Origin: Lama guanicoe
Taxonomy: Eukaryota
NCBI GenBank assembly: GCA_013239625.1
Contig: MU053881.1
Span: 1,860,001 to 1,924,000, forward strand
Reading direction: 5' to 3'
DNA length: 64,000 bases
The translations under genes and the position numbers were made by a program. Within the stretch, counting starts at the first letter, position 1. Each line of letters starts with the position of its first letter. The notes beneath the pieces were generated by a model that saw nothing but the letters and a program-made list of their open reading frames with translations, did no database searches and was not told the origin of the DNA. Positions 41,901 to 52,420 of this stretch are shown here, in pieces.

Positions 41901-44041
41901 GACGGTGGGGACAGGAAAGGCAGACAGGTTTAGGAACCTTCGGGGGTAGGATAGACATGAGAACTGGCTCGCGGGTTCTGGATATGGGCGGACACCTGCC
42001 TCCTAGGTGCCTCCCACGCCTACAGCTTGCTTGAGTCACATGGTTTCATTTTCAAATTACTGGCCAACATTGGAAAACTCAGATTTCACTTTAACACTTA
42101 CATTTCAACCTGCGCTGCCTTCCTGAATGAACCGGTCAAGCACCAGACCTGCTGGCAGACAAGTGCTCCCCCACGACACAGCCCCCACCTGCCCCGTGGT
42201 GTAGGCTCTGAGTCGGGGACCCCTGGCTTCAGGCGCAGGGCCATCCTCACAACAACCCTGCAAAGCTGGGGTGAGGTTCCCAGTTCGCAGAGGGAAGGAG
42301 CCAAATGTCAAGAGAAGATGAAACTGTTGGCCAAGCCACCCAGCTAAGAAGCAGGGTCTGTCTGAACCCACAGATCTGACCCCTCTCCAGGCTCCATAGT
42401 GCCCTCTGTCTGCTCCAGGTGTGAATGCTGCTGCCTGGCTGGCCCAAGGATCCCAGCCCTAGGGAGAGCTCAGCCCATCAGTGAGCCCCTGTTTGTCAGG
42501 CCTCCTGGGGAGCAGGTTAATTCAGCTCAGGTGCACTTGTGATGCACGTGCACAGGCCAGGGCCTGCCGGGACGTATCCGCTGACAGAACAGCTGATACT
42601 TCATGCCCTCCTGGACCTCACACTGGAGCAGGAAGAGGGGGGGAAGGCAGCAATACACACAATAGATAAATTACCTGGTAGTGTTTTAGCATGGAAAAAA
42701 GGAAAGCGCAGAGTTCGAGCTCTTGGGATCATGGCATTGCGAAGGCAAGTTGGAGTATGAACTGGGGGTGTCGGAGTGGGCCGCATGGAGAAGGTGGCAT
42801 TTGAGCAGAAACTGGAAGGAGGTGAAGGCTGAGCCTTGCAGATACCTGGGGCAGAGCAGTCCAGGTAAAGGGGACAGCTGGTGTGAAGCCTAAGATGGGC
42901 GTTACTGTTGTGTCAGCCATGGGTGAGAGGCCAGTGGGGAGAGCAGAGGGACAGAGGCCAGACTTGCCGGCCTCCAGGCCCTTCCCAAGGCTTTAGCTGT
43001 TGCTCAGAGAAGTGTGGAGCAGGTGGGGCACAAGCTGACATCAGTATGTAGTGGCTGAGGGAGGAGTGCAGAAGCCAGTTTTGTGCAGTCAGCCGGACCA
43101 GGGGTGCCTGAGGCTCCCATCCCGCACTGAGGAGGCTGTGAGAAGTGGTCAGAATCTGGAAGCATCTTGAAGGTGGACCCAGCAGGATTTCCTGGTGGGC
43201 CCGAAGCAGGGTGGAGGAGGAAGCCGGGAATTTGGCCGTGCAGATGGAAGGATGGAGTTGCCACCAGCTGAGGTGGAGACAGCTGTGGGAACGCCAGCAG
43301 TTTGCCATGCAGAGATTGGGAGCTGAGCGTTAAACGTGGCACAGCGGGCATCCACAGGGAGACCTCAGGGTTGGAGAGAGCAGAAGCAGTGGGTGTGCAG
43401 AGGTAACACTGACCGTGAAAGAGAGCAGGCCCAAGCCTGCCTTTCTGTGTTCTGGGCTCTGGAGTGGGGGGTGCTGAGCTGTCGAGTGACTGTCGCTTCC
43501 TCCCAGGAGATCATGCACGCCCTGAAGATGACCTGGCACGTGCATTGCTTCACCTGCGCGGCCTGCAAGACACCCATTCGGAACAGGGCCTTCTACATGG
43601 AGGAAGGGGCGCCCTACTGCGAGCGAGGTATGGGGCGGGACCGGCGAGGGGGTGGGCAGGGCGTGGACAGGGGAGAACCTGGCGCCCCCCTCCTCTCTGT
43701 ATGTCCCTAGACTATGAGAAGATGTTTGGCACAAAATGCCGAGGCTGTGACTTCAAGATTGATGCTGGGGACCGCTTCCTGGAGGCGCTGGGCTTCAGCT
43801 GGCACGATACATGCTTCGTGTGCGCGGTGAGTGCCCCTTCTCTGACTCAGGTCAGCCTCCCTCCCACCCCTGCCTCTGGGGCTCCTGAGTGGTTGGGAAG
43901 TTGTCTCTCCTGCCTCCCCTCAACCCCATGTGACTGGAGCTTGGCTGTCCCCAGATATGTCAGATCAACCTGGAAGGAAAGACTTTCTACTCCAAGAAGG
44001 ACAAGCCCCTGTGCAAGAGCCACGCCTTCTCCCACGTGTGA
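29987..44041 (+). CDS. PDLIM7: PDZ and LIM domain protein 7 (Enigma), 458 aa
   Basis: Coding exons: 29987-30082, 33884-34035, 34118-34148, 34624-34742, 35404-35540, 35686-35722, 36670-36731, 36874-37111, 38103-38283, 43507-43627, 43711-43826, 43955-44041, totalling 1377 nt. N-terminal PDZ domain ([12 protein letters not shown]) and three C-terminal LIM domains. Confidence 0.97.
31331..31503. repeat. 87-bp tandem duplication, each copy ending in poly-G
   Basis: Copies start at 31331 and 31418 (ctgtacacagtcctcaagcc...gagtgctggccag + G run) and differ at only a few positions. Confidence 0.9.
32420..32570 (+). mobile_element. MIR fragment
   Basis: ggcaagttacttaacttctgttttcccctgtgtaaaatggg..aggtactcaataaa. 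Confidence 0.6.
35130..35146 (+). CDS. PDLIM7: PDLIM7 17-nt alternative microexon (VQTPDK), phase-compatible replacement for exon 34624-34742
   Basis: A long pyrimidine tract precedes cacag|GTGCAGACCCCTGACAA|gtcagt. Both 17 and 119 equal 2 mod 3. It matches a human isoform containing VQTPDK as I recall it. Confidence 0.85.
35917..36013 (+). CDS. PDLIM7: PDLIM7 alternative last exon giving a LIM-less 222-aa isoform (..[32 protein letters not shown])
   Basis: Preceded by a pyrimidine tract of about 100 nt and an acceptor cctcag ending at 35916. It is in frame after exon 35686-35722, stops at TAG 36011-36013 and has its own AATAAA at 36262-36267. Confidence 0.88.
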
Positions 44042-44271
44042 GCCCCTCCCGCCCATTGCTGCCGGCCATGCCTGCCGGAGGGGCCCTGGTTCTGGAGTCA
44101 TCGCCCCAGATTTCTGGGTAGGGCTAGCAAAAGTTGCCCCAACCCCGACTCCTGGCCTGAGCCTGGGGTTCCCAGGACCCTGCCCCACCCCCTTCACCTC
44201 CCCCCACCCCCCTTCACCACCACTGCACACTGGTGCTGGCCACACCGGCCCCTGTTCACATCCAGTGCCAC

Positions 44272-44277
44272 AATAAA
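44272..44277 (+). terminator. PDLIM7: PDLIM7 poly(A) signal AATAAA (second copy at 44626-44631 across the N gap)
   Basis: AATAAA lies 230 nt after the stop codon. Confidence 0.8.
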
Positions 44278-44689
44278 TCTGTATCCAGCTGTGTCCCTTG
44301 TCCACTTACCCCTAGCATCANNNNNNNNNNNNNNNNNNNNNNNNNNNNNNNNNNNNNNNNNNNNNNNNNNNNNNNNNNNNNNNNNNNNNNNNNNNNNNNN
44401 NNNNNNNNNNNNNNNNNNNNNNNNNNNNNNNNNNNNNNNNNNNNNNNNNNNNNNNNNNNNNNNNNNNNNNNNNNNNNNNNNNNNNNNNNNNNNNNNNNNN
44501 NNNNNNNNNNNNNNNNNNNNNNNNNNNNNNNNNNNNNNNNNNCCCCTTCACCTCCCCCCACCCCCCTTCACCACCACCCCACACTGGTGCTGGCCACACC
44601 GGCCCCTGTTCACATCCAGTGCCACAATAAATCTGTATCCAGCTGTGTCCCTTGTCCACTTACCCCTAGCATCAAGAAAGGTGGGCTCT

Positions 44690-44781
44690 GGGGTTAGGGT
44701 AATAGCTCAGTGGTAGAGTGTGTGCTTAACATGCACAAGGTCCTGGGTTCAATCCCCAGTACCTCTTTAAAAAAAAAAAAA
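44690..44781 (+). mobile_element. short tRNA-derived SINE just downstream of the PDLIM7 poly(A) site
   Basis: TAGCTCAGTGGTAGAG..GGGTTCAATCCCCAGTACCTC followed by poly(A). TSD-like aaaggtgggctct / aaaggcgggatct. Confidence 0.85.
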
Positions 44782-45224
44782 GGCGGGATCTGAGGCACAT
44801 AGCAGGGTGGAGATTAAGTTTTCCCGGGGTGGCCATCCTGGTGGCCCTGTTGCCATCTGTGTGCTGCAGCCAAAGAAGGTCAGGCTGGAGAGGCCAGCCC
44901 CCAGGTCCTGGGAGACCAGAAGCCCTGGGCTGAGGAGCCAGGACTGCCTTCTGAGGGCAGGGTGGGGGTGGGGAGAGCAGGGCACAGAAGAGTTCAGATT
45001 TGTGTCGTAGAAAGAGCCCCAGAGCCGTGAGCAGGGTGGACAGGAGGAGGGAGACTGGGACGAGCGGCCAGGGGAAGGGAGGAGCAGAAAGCGACATGGC
45101 AGAGTTGGGACCCAGAGACACGTCCAAGGGAGCCTAGAGTGGAAACCTGGGGCGTGAGGGGTAAGGAGAGGAAGGCAGGCAGGTTTGCTGGGCATCCGGA
45201 ATATACCAGCCATTCCTTGTTTCA

Positions 45225-45340
45225 TCTCGCGAGATCCTCACAGCAACCCTGTGAGGTGTCTGCAAGTTACTCTCATTTTACAGATGAAAGCTCAGGAGAC
45301 CTGACCAAGGTCGCACAAGCACTGAGCCATGAGCCAGACT
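45225..45340 (-). mobile_element. MIR fragment
   Basis: atcctcacagcaaccctgtgagg..cattttacagatgaaagctcaggag..ccaaggtcgcaca. Confidence 0.65.
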
Positions 45341-46995
45341 AGAAGCCCGGCCCGAAGCTGGTGCGCTGTCCTGGGACTGGCTGGCACTGAGCGCTGTGCA
45401 CCAGGGATGCCCCCTCGGAAGCCCACTCTGTCTGCTTCCTCAGAACCTGGCAGCTCTGGTGGTGGCTCCGTCTCTCCCCGGGGCTTCCTGCTTCCCACTG
45501 GTGCCCTCCATCACCCCGAGGGACTGTCATTTCTCCTCTCCAAGCTTAGACTGGAGGGAGACTGAGGAGAGGCTCCAGACTAGGCTTGGCCACCTGTCCT
45601 TTGGGGCTCCCTGGCACAAGGACCTTCAGCACACCTGAGGTTGTGGGCATTCTGTGTCCCCTTTAAGAAGACAGGGGCCTCTCTGTTATGTCCGCTTGAG
45701 GACTCCTGGAGCAGGAGTGCTGGGCTCCTTGTCTGTCTCATGATGTCTTGCCAGTGCCTAGAACAGTGCCTGGCACATAATAGACGCCCAGTGTTTGCTG
45801 GATGACTGGATGAGTTGCCTGTGGGACAGTTAGGAGACAAATTCAAGGAGTGGCAGAAGATTCAAGTCTAGATTTACCTTGGATTCAGTTCGGGAGTGAG
45901 TCTGGGGCAGGTTCGGGACAGTTGTCACAGAAGCTTGTCACTGATGCCCAGAGAAGGGCCCAGGCAGCTCATAGCAAGAGTGAAACAGGTAGGATTCGGT
46001 CTTCTTTCAACCCAGACTTCCCTGGTGTATTAAACACAGAGTATCTTTCACTTCCACAAAGAAATGTACTCTCTCCCACTTCTCTTGAACCTTGAAGCCC
46101 TCTCAGTCCATCCTTGGTTTCCATGGATACAAGCAAGCAAGAGCCCAGCGCGCATGGCGAGTGCCGCTGGGAGCCGTCTGTGGGGAGCCTTCTGGGGGCA
46201 GCCTGGTGGGAATGCTGCGCTGTGGCCAGATCTGCCAGTTTACCAACAGCGTCCAGAATCTGGTTTTTCAATATTGGCAACTAAGATAGATTTTTTTTAA
46301 AATCCTATTAAAAAATAATAAACGTGCCAAATCCAGTGTGAGGACGGCCAAGGCCCCAGCACAGAGAAGAGCTGAGAGACAGGAAGCAGCAGCAGCGGAG
46401 GGCAGAGAAAGCAGAAGGGCCGGCCAGAGGCGGAGGACAACAGCCTCCGAGAGAGCCCAGGGCAGGGAAGCCGGGGCGGGGCAGGAGTGCTGCCGGAAGT
46501 CTGAGAGTGTCAACCAGCCAGATAAGGCCAAGGAGTCCCCAAGGCGTTGTGCAACAAGGTGACGTTTGCCAGATCAGTTTAGCAGAGAGTTGGGGCTGGT
46601 GCCAGGGTGAGAGGAACAAGGGGAGGGTGTCGAGGGTGGAGGTGAGAGGGTGTAGACAGCTGTCTTAAGAGGCTGCGCTGTAGCAGGCCCAGAGGACCAC
46701 CGGCAGCCCCGGTCTCAGCGTCTCAGCGGAGCGAGCAGCCAGCCCAGCGGCGTGGAGGGGGAAGGCTGGAGGCTTCTGCCTGGGGAAAGTGGCTGAGGAA
46801 GGAGGTGGAGGGTGGATGTAAGGGGACAGCAGAGTGCTGGGGACTGAATCTTGAATCTCGGGAAAGCAGAGCTGGCCTTGATGGAAGTAAAAACAAGCAT
46901 GGGGCGGGCACCTGCTTCGAATGGCCACCAGTCTCTCTGCTGGGAACTGCAGAGCAATCGCTTAGATGTCATTTAATCATCAAAACATGCTTAAG

Positions 46996-47084
46996 GAAAA
47001 AAAAAACAAAAACATCCTGGGTTCAATCCCCAGTACCTCCATTCAAAAAAAAAGAAAAAAACCGCCATAATCTGCAAAACAAAA
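46996..47084 (+). mobile_element. 5'-truncated tRNA-derived SINE with a perfect 15-bp TSD
   Basis: TCCTGGGTTCAATCCCCAGTACCTCC plus an A-rich tail. TSD caaaacatgcttaag at 46981-46995 and 47085-47099. Confidence 0.8.
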
Positions 47085-49714
47085 CAAAACATGCTTAAGA
47101 GAGATGTCATTAAAGGCATGTTTCAGATGAGAACCTGCGGCTCAGAGAGGGAAAGTGACCTGTCCAGAGCCACCCAGCCAGAATGGCCCAGGTCTGCTGA
47201 TCCAAAGATCCAAGGCCAAGGTGCTTCCCACTGTACCTCCCAGCCACCTCCCTTCAGGCATTGAGCTGCAGGGATCACAGTGTTCCCGGGCTTAGGTGCG
47301 AGGCAAAGCGGTGGAGGCCAAGGGTACCAGGAGATGTCTTTGTACCAGGCAGGGGAGGCCATTAGCGCCCTTGAAGAGTGCAGTATCCCCAGCTGAGGGG
47401 GCAGAGCCCCTGGCAGGGGGCTGAGTGGGCAACTGGAGAGACGGCAGGCCAGGGAAGGGCTTTTTTCCAGCTCTGAGCGGCTTGAGCTCATTTGAAGTCA
47501 GCAGGGAGAGAGGCGGTGGAGGGCGAGGGACTGTTTCGCAGGAGTACAGGGTACACAGGCAGGAACTGACGATTCTGGTGCTGCCTTCTCAGTGCTGAGC
47601 CCCACATGGCCTTGGAACGAGGTATCCACGACCCTGCTTTGGGAAGGGGCTAAAGGGCCCAGCCCCATGGCACACAGGAAGCAGCAGCCGGGATTGGGAT
47701 TCGAACCTGAGTTGTTCTGAGTCCAAAGCCAAACCAGAGAGTAGAGGAAGAGCTCCTCCCCAATTAGGACCTAAAGTAGGAGGTGGGGTAGGGTTCCAGG
47801 GCCATGGTGGGGCAAGAAGGAGCTTGCTGGGAGCCTGCAGAGAACTCAGGAGGCCAGGGCCAGCCCTGGGAGACTGTGCAGCTAGGTCACTGCAGAGTGG
47901 CCAGGGAGGGTCCCAGGGCCAGCCTGGGTTCTCCTGCTCAGGGCCCAGGGGCACTAGGTCAACTCAGCTTTCATCCACGTCCCTTGCCACTGACAAAAAC
48001 GATCACTTCTTGGGGACTAGATTAACTAGGAAGGACTCTTTTGCCTGCAATTCAAACTTGTTTAAGCAAAAACAGGGATAGTTTGTCTCATGTCACTGAA
48101 AACGTTAATGGCTTCAGTCATGGCAGGATCCAGTACCCATGGATGTGATGAGGTTATCAGCAGTCCCTCTCAGCTCCCTTTCTGCACCCACCTCCCCAGG
48201 CTCACACTCTCTCTCTCCATCTCTCCGATCTGCTTTTCTCAGCGCTGGCCTTATTCTCAGGCAACTCTCCCCATTATCAGCAAAGACGCCCCTCAGCCGG
48301 CTCCAGGCCCACATCCTGCCAGCTCAGCAGCCCCACTAAGGACTTTCTTAATGGTTCCAGCAAAAGTCCCAGGACTGACACCCATTGGACCAACTTGGGT
48401 CGTGTGTCCATTGCCGACGCAGTCACTGGGTCTGACCCACCATCCTGAATCACACGCTCCCCTCTGGAGTGTGCGGTGGACAGTCAACTGGAAGATGGGC
48501 AGGGATACCTGACCACGGACATCCATATATCGGGCAGACAGTACTTGATGCCCCCTCCACGCCCAATGCCTCTGCTCCCTGACTCCCCGACATGACCCCA
48601 CAGCTGTAGCCTCAGGAACCACTTCTGAAAATTCCAGGCCAGGCCAGCCCCTGGATGGAGAAATGGGGGTGCTAGAAAAGGAAGTGAGGAGGATGTGTGG
48701 TGTGCTGAGGTGACGCAGGACAGACCGGGCACCATCATTATCATCCCCATTTTACAACCGGAGACAAGAAAGGCCGACCAGTCTAAGTTCACATGGGGAG
48801 TAAGGTCTGTGCGGCTCAGGAAGAGCCAGTGTGGTGGGAGTGGCAGGCCCTGTGCCAGGGACAAGACCCGGGAAGTGCGGGGAGCATTGCAATGATGAGG
48901 GGGCAACTTTCGAAGGTGTGCCTTGGTAGCAACCTGCAGAGTGTAAAGAAGGCTCCATCAGCTGGTGCTGAAAAAGTCCTGAAACCTACATGTCAGCCTT
49001 GAAGTCTTCCCTGAGAGGTGTGGGGGAGCACAGAGCAGGAAGGTGGGTGTGGGAGGGAGGAGGGTGGGGCTGCCAGGAGGAAAGGGAAGGGGTTCTCGCT
49101 TTCTAAGCCTCCGTCCAGTCCCATTTTTATTCTCACAACATGTTATCAAAGAGGAGACTCAGAGAGGGAAAGTGTTTTACCCAAGGTCACACAGCAAGTG
49201 ACCAGCTCCTGAGTCTGAATCCTCCCTCTTTCTTGTCTTTTACACTCTGGAGACCCAGAAGCCATTGGACCAGCCTCCCAGTGTGGGGGCCGGAGCTGGG
49301 AGCTTGAGATCTGGGAGTGGGAGAGACTTGAAGGGTGATCAGTGCTGGGAGTGGTAGACATGAAAGCCTGGTGGGAAGGCCTCCAAGGAGTCACCCAGCG
49401 CCCACCCACCAAGGCTGAGAGGGTTTCAGGTGGCTGATGGGAGGCAGGTTTGCAGAGAGAGTGATCAGTGGTTACCCTGCTCCACCAGTTGAGGAAACAG
49501 GACTACAACGGGGCCACTAAATTTGGCAATTTAGGGGTCACTGGTGACCTTGGCCAGAACAGTTACAGGGACAATGCAGGAAGGAAGAAACAGATTACAA
49601 ATATACAAATTATAGAATGATGATGATGTGGAGGGGAGAAGGGAGAAGACCAGAAGGAGTGGGCTCCAGGAACAGAAGCGGGGAACCTTCTTGCTCCCCT
49701 AAAAATAGAAAAAA

Positions 49715-49807
49715 CTGGGCACGGGGCATATGGGGACTCTATGTACTATCTTTGTAATTTTTCTGTGAATTTCAAACTGTTCTAAAATTAAAAGTTTATT
49801 TAAAAAT
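49715..49807 (+). mobile_element. short L1 3'-end remnant
   Basis: ggggactctatgtactatctttgtaattttt..ctgttctaaaattaaaagtttatttaaaaa is typical of old L1M 3' termini. Confidence 0.6.
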
Positions 49808-51329
49808 ATAGATGGTAAAGAGGTAAGAGTGGGTGTGGCTGGAGTTTGTAGGTGGTTGAGGGGAGACAGGAATTTGAGGAAGGGAGCACATGCAGGTAGG
49901 ACTCCTGTGTTTTGGATGTGAAACTGAGTGAGCACGGGGCTGGGGAGGGGGCTTCGGGTGGGGAAGTGGGAGGCATTCTGAGCTGGGACAAATCAAGGGA
50001 AGCAGCAAGGGAATGAGACCTGCTACCCCTCCCAGGCACCCCTCAACCCCTCTTGGGGTCTCCTCTCTCCCCAGAATCCTACGGACTCTGCCTGGGATTT
50101 GCTCCACGTGGGGGCCGTGAAGAAACTGCCAGTGCCAGGGGTCTGTGGGCATAGCGGGCGCAGAGTTCCCTAGGCTGGGGCCTGTGGAATGTTTTGAGTT
50201 TTTAGAGGTTCTGCCTACTCCAAAGCACTGGGACCCACTGCTGGGTATCAATGCCCACACTGCTGTCCTTCTCCCCTTGGCACAGCTGGTTACCCAACTC
50301 AGATCTCAGAGGCCCAGCCCGCCCGCCTCCCAGGTTGGACCAGCTAAAGTTTGCTCAGGTTCTGTCACCTCCTCTGGGAAGACAGGGGTGAGGGGCTTTG
50401 TAGGTGGTGTTGTAAAGGCTTCTGAGAGCTGCAGCGGGTTTCAGGGTCCCAGTTCAGACAGGAGCAGAGATGTTCCAGGAGCCCCTGGCAGTGGTATCCC
50501 CCTCCCTACAGGGGACTTCCCTGAGGCCCCCAGTGTCTTCTGTGCTCAGAGCTTTGGGAAATAAAGGTGCCAGGAGGCTGGCCCTGGAGTGTCCTTGGAG
50601 GAGCCCTGCCCTGGGAGTCTGGGGTTAGATGCTGCTTCCGGAAATCTACTTGGGATTCCTCTGGGAGGCCTGAGCCTTGAGAGAGAAGGCAAAGGATTTC
50701 CAAGGCTGGCCCCATCTGAGAGGGCTCAGGGAGTAGCTGGTAAGGGAGGGGTACTCACATGGGGCAGAAGCTGGAAATGTTGGGGCAAGGGGCTGGATTG
50801 GATCTGGGAATGGCCTAGGAGGCAGGAATGGAAGGGTGTGGTTGGGATCAAGGATCAGAATGGGAACAGGATAGGCTGGACTGAGGAGGATGCAGCTAGG
50901 GATGGGGTCTGATGAATGGGTAGGGGGTGTGCAGTAAGTCTGGGGTTGGGAGTCGGGCTGGAGCTGGGATGGGAAAGAAATGGGCTGGATTTGGGGTGGG
51001 GATGAAGACGGCAGTGGACAGTGATGGAGATGGACTAGGAATGGGCCTTTCAGAGGTGGGAATGGGCAGCAGATGGGGGTTCCAGGGGTGGCTGGCACGG
51101 GAATTGGGTTGGGGCTGGAGGTTGGGATAGACCAGGGACGAGGGTGAGGCTGGGGCGGAGATAAATTAAGGACAGAGTGAGGCTGGACCGATTGTAATGA
51201 AGTGGACTTGGGATTGTGGCCGGGAGCTGGAAAAGAGAGGGATGAAGCAGAGCCTGGATAGAGGTTGGTGACGGGGCTGGGGAAGAGGGTGAGCAGAGGG
51301 TGAGTGCCTAGGCTGGGGACCCGGTAGGT

Positions 51330-52420
51330 GAGGACGTGGGAAGGATGGTCCCCGGGCGCAGGGAGTAGAACCGCCAGGGCGCGGCTCACAGGGGTTGGGG
51401 GTGAGGGGCGTGGGGGCGCCCCGGGGCAGGCCGGGAACGGGGGGGCGGGCCTCCCCCTGGGCCGGGCCGGGGCGGCGCTAGGACCGAGCGCGCGGAGGGA
51501 GCGAGCNNNNNNNNNNNNNNNNNNNNNNNNNNNNNNNNNNNNNNNNNNNNNNNNNNNNNNNNNNNNNNNNNNNNNNNNNNNNNNNNNNNNNNNNNNNNNN
51601 NNNNNNNNNNNNNNNNNNNNNNNNNNNNNNNNNNNNNNNNNNNNNNNNNNNNNNNNNNNNNNNNNNNNNNNNNNNNNNNNNNNNNNNNNNNNNNNNNNNN
51701 NNNNNNNNNNNNNNNNNNNNNNNNNNNNNNNNNNNNNNNNNNNNNNNNNNNNNNNNNNNNNNNNNNNNNNNNNNNNNNNNNNNNNNNNNNNNNNNNNGCT
51801 GGCGGCGTACGAGGAGGTGATTCGGGAGGAGAGCGCGGCCGACTGGTGAGCCCCCCGCCCCCGCCCCCCGGCCCCTTTGTCCCCTCGCCGCCGCCGCCGC
51901 CGCGCCTTTGTCTCCACCCGGCCCCGCCGCCCCGCAGCCGGGAGGGAGGGGGAGACCCCGAAATGGTGCAGCGGCCCGGGAGGGCCAGGGAGGGGCTGCC
52001 TTTGTGCGCGCCGGGGGAGGGGCCGGGCCGGGCCAGGCGGGGCACCGGTGGGCCCCGAGCGCCCGGAGGCGGCCGCAGCCGCGCGGTGGGAGCGGTGGCC
52101 GGACGCGGGCTGGAGAGACGCGGGGTCCAGATGTGTTGCCCCGGTCCTCCTGGCCCTGCGTGGGCCCATCCCCCGCCCCCTCCCCTCTGCCCCGGGCCTG
52201 GGGGACAGGTGTGCACCGGGCAGCCAAGGGCACCTTCGCCACCTTCGAGCGGGCGAGGACCGGGCAGGGACGGGGCGGGGACCGAGCTAGCAGAGCCAGC
52301 GCAGCCTGCCCGGCCCAGCCCGGCCCGGCCACAGCACAAAGGAAAGCTAGGGCGGGGGAGGAGCGCAGCGGGCTGGGGGCCGGGGCGCCCCGCCCACCGG
52401 GGGGCCTCTCGGAGTTGGGG
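51330..52420 (+). promoter_or_regulatory. DBN1: DBN1 CpG-island promoter / exon 1 region (N gap 51507-51797 covers the ATG)
   Basis: Very GC- and CpG-rich on both sides of the gap. Coding sequence [16 protein letters not shown] resumes right after the gap. Confidence 0.8.

Noticed and set aside
44690..44765. tRNA-like sequence, also near 24000, 27740 and 61500
   Set aside because: Poly(A) or AT-rich tails, TSDs and multiple diverged copies show these are SINEs, not tRNA genes.
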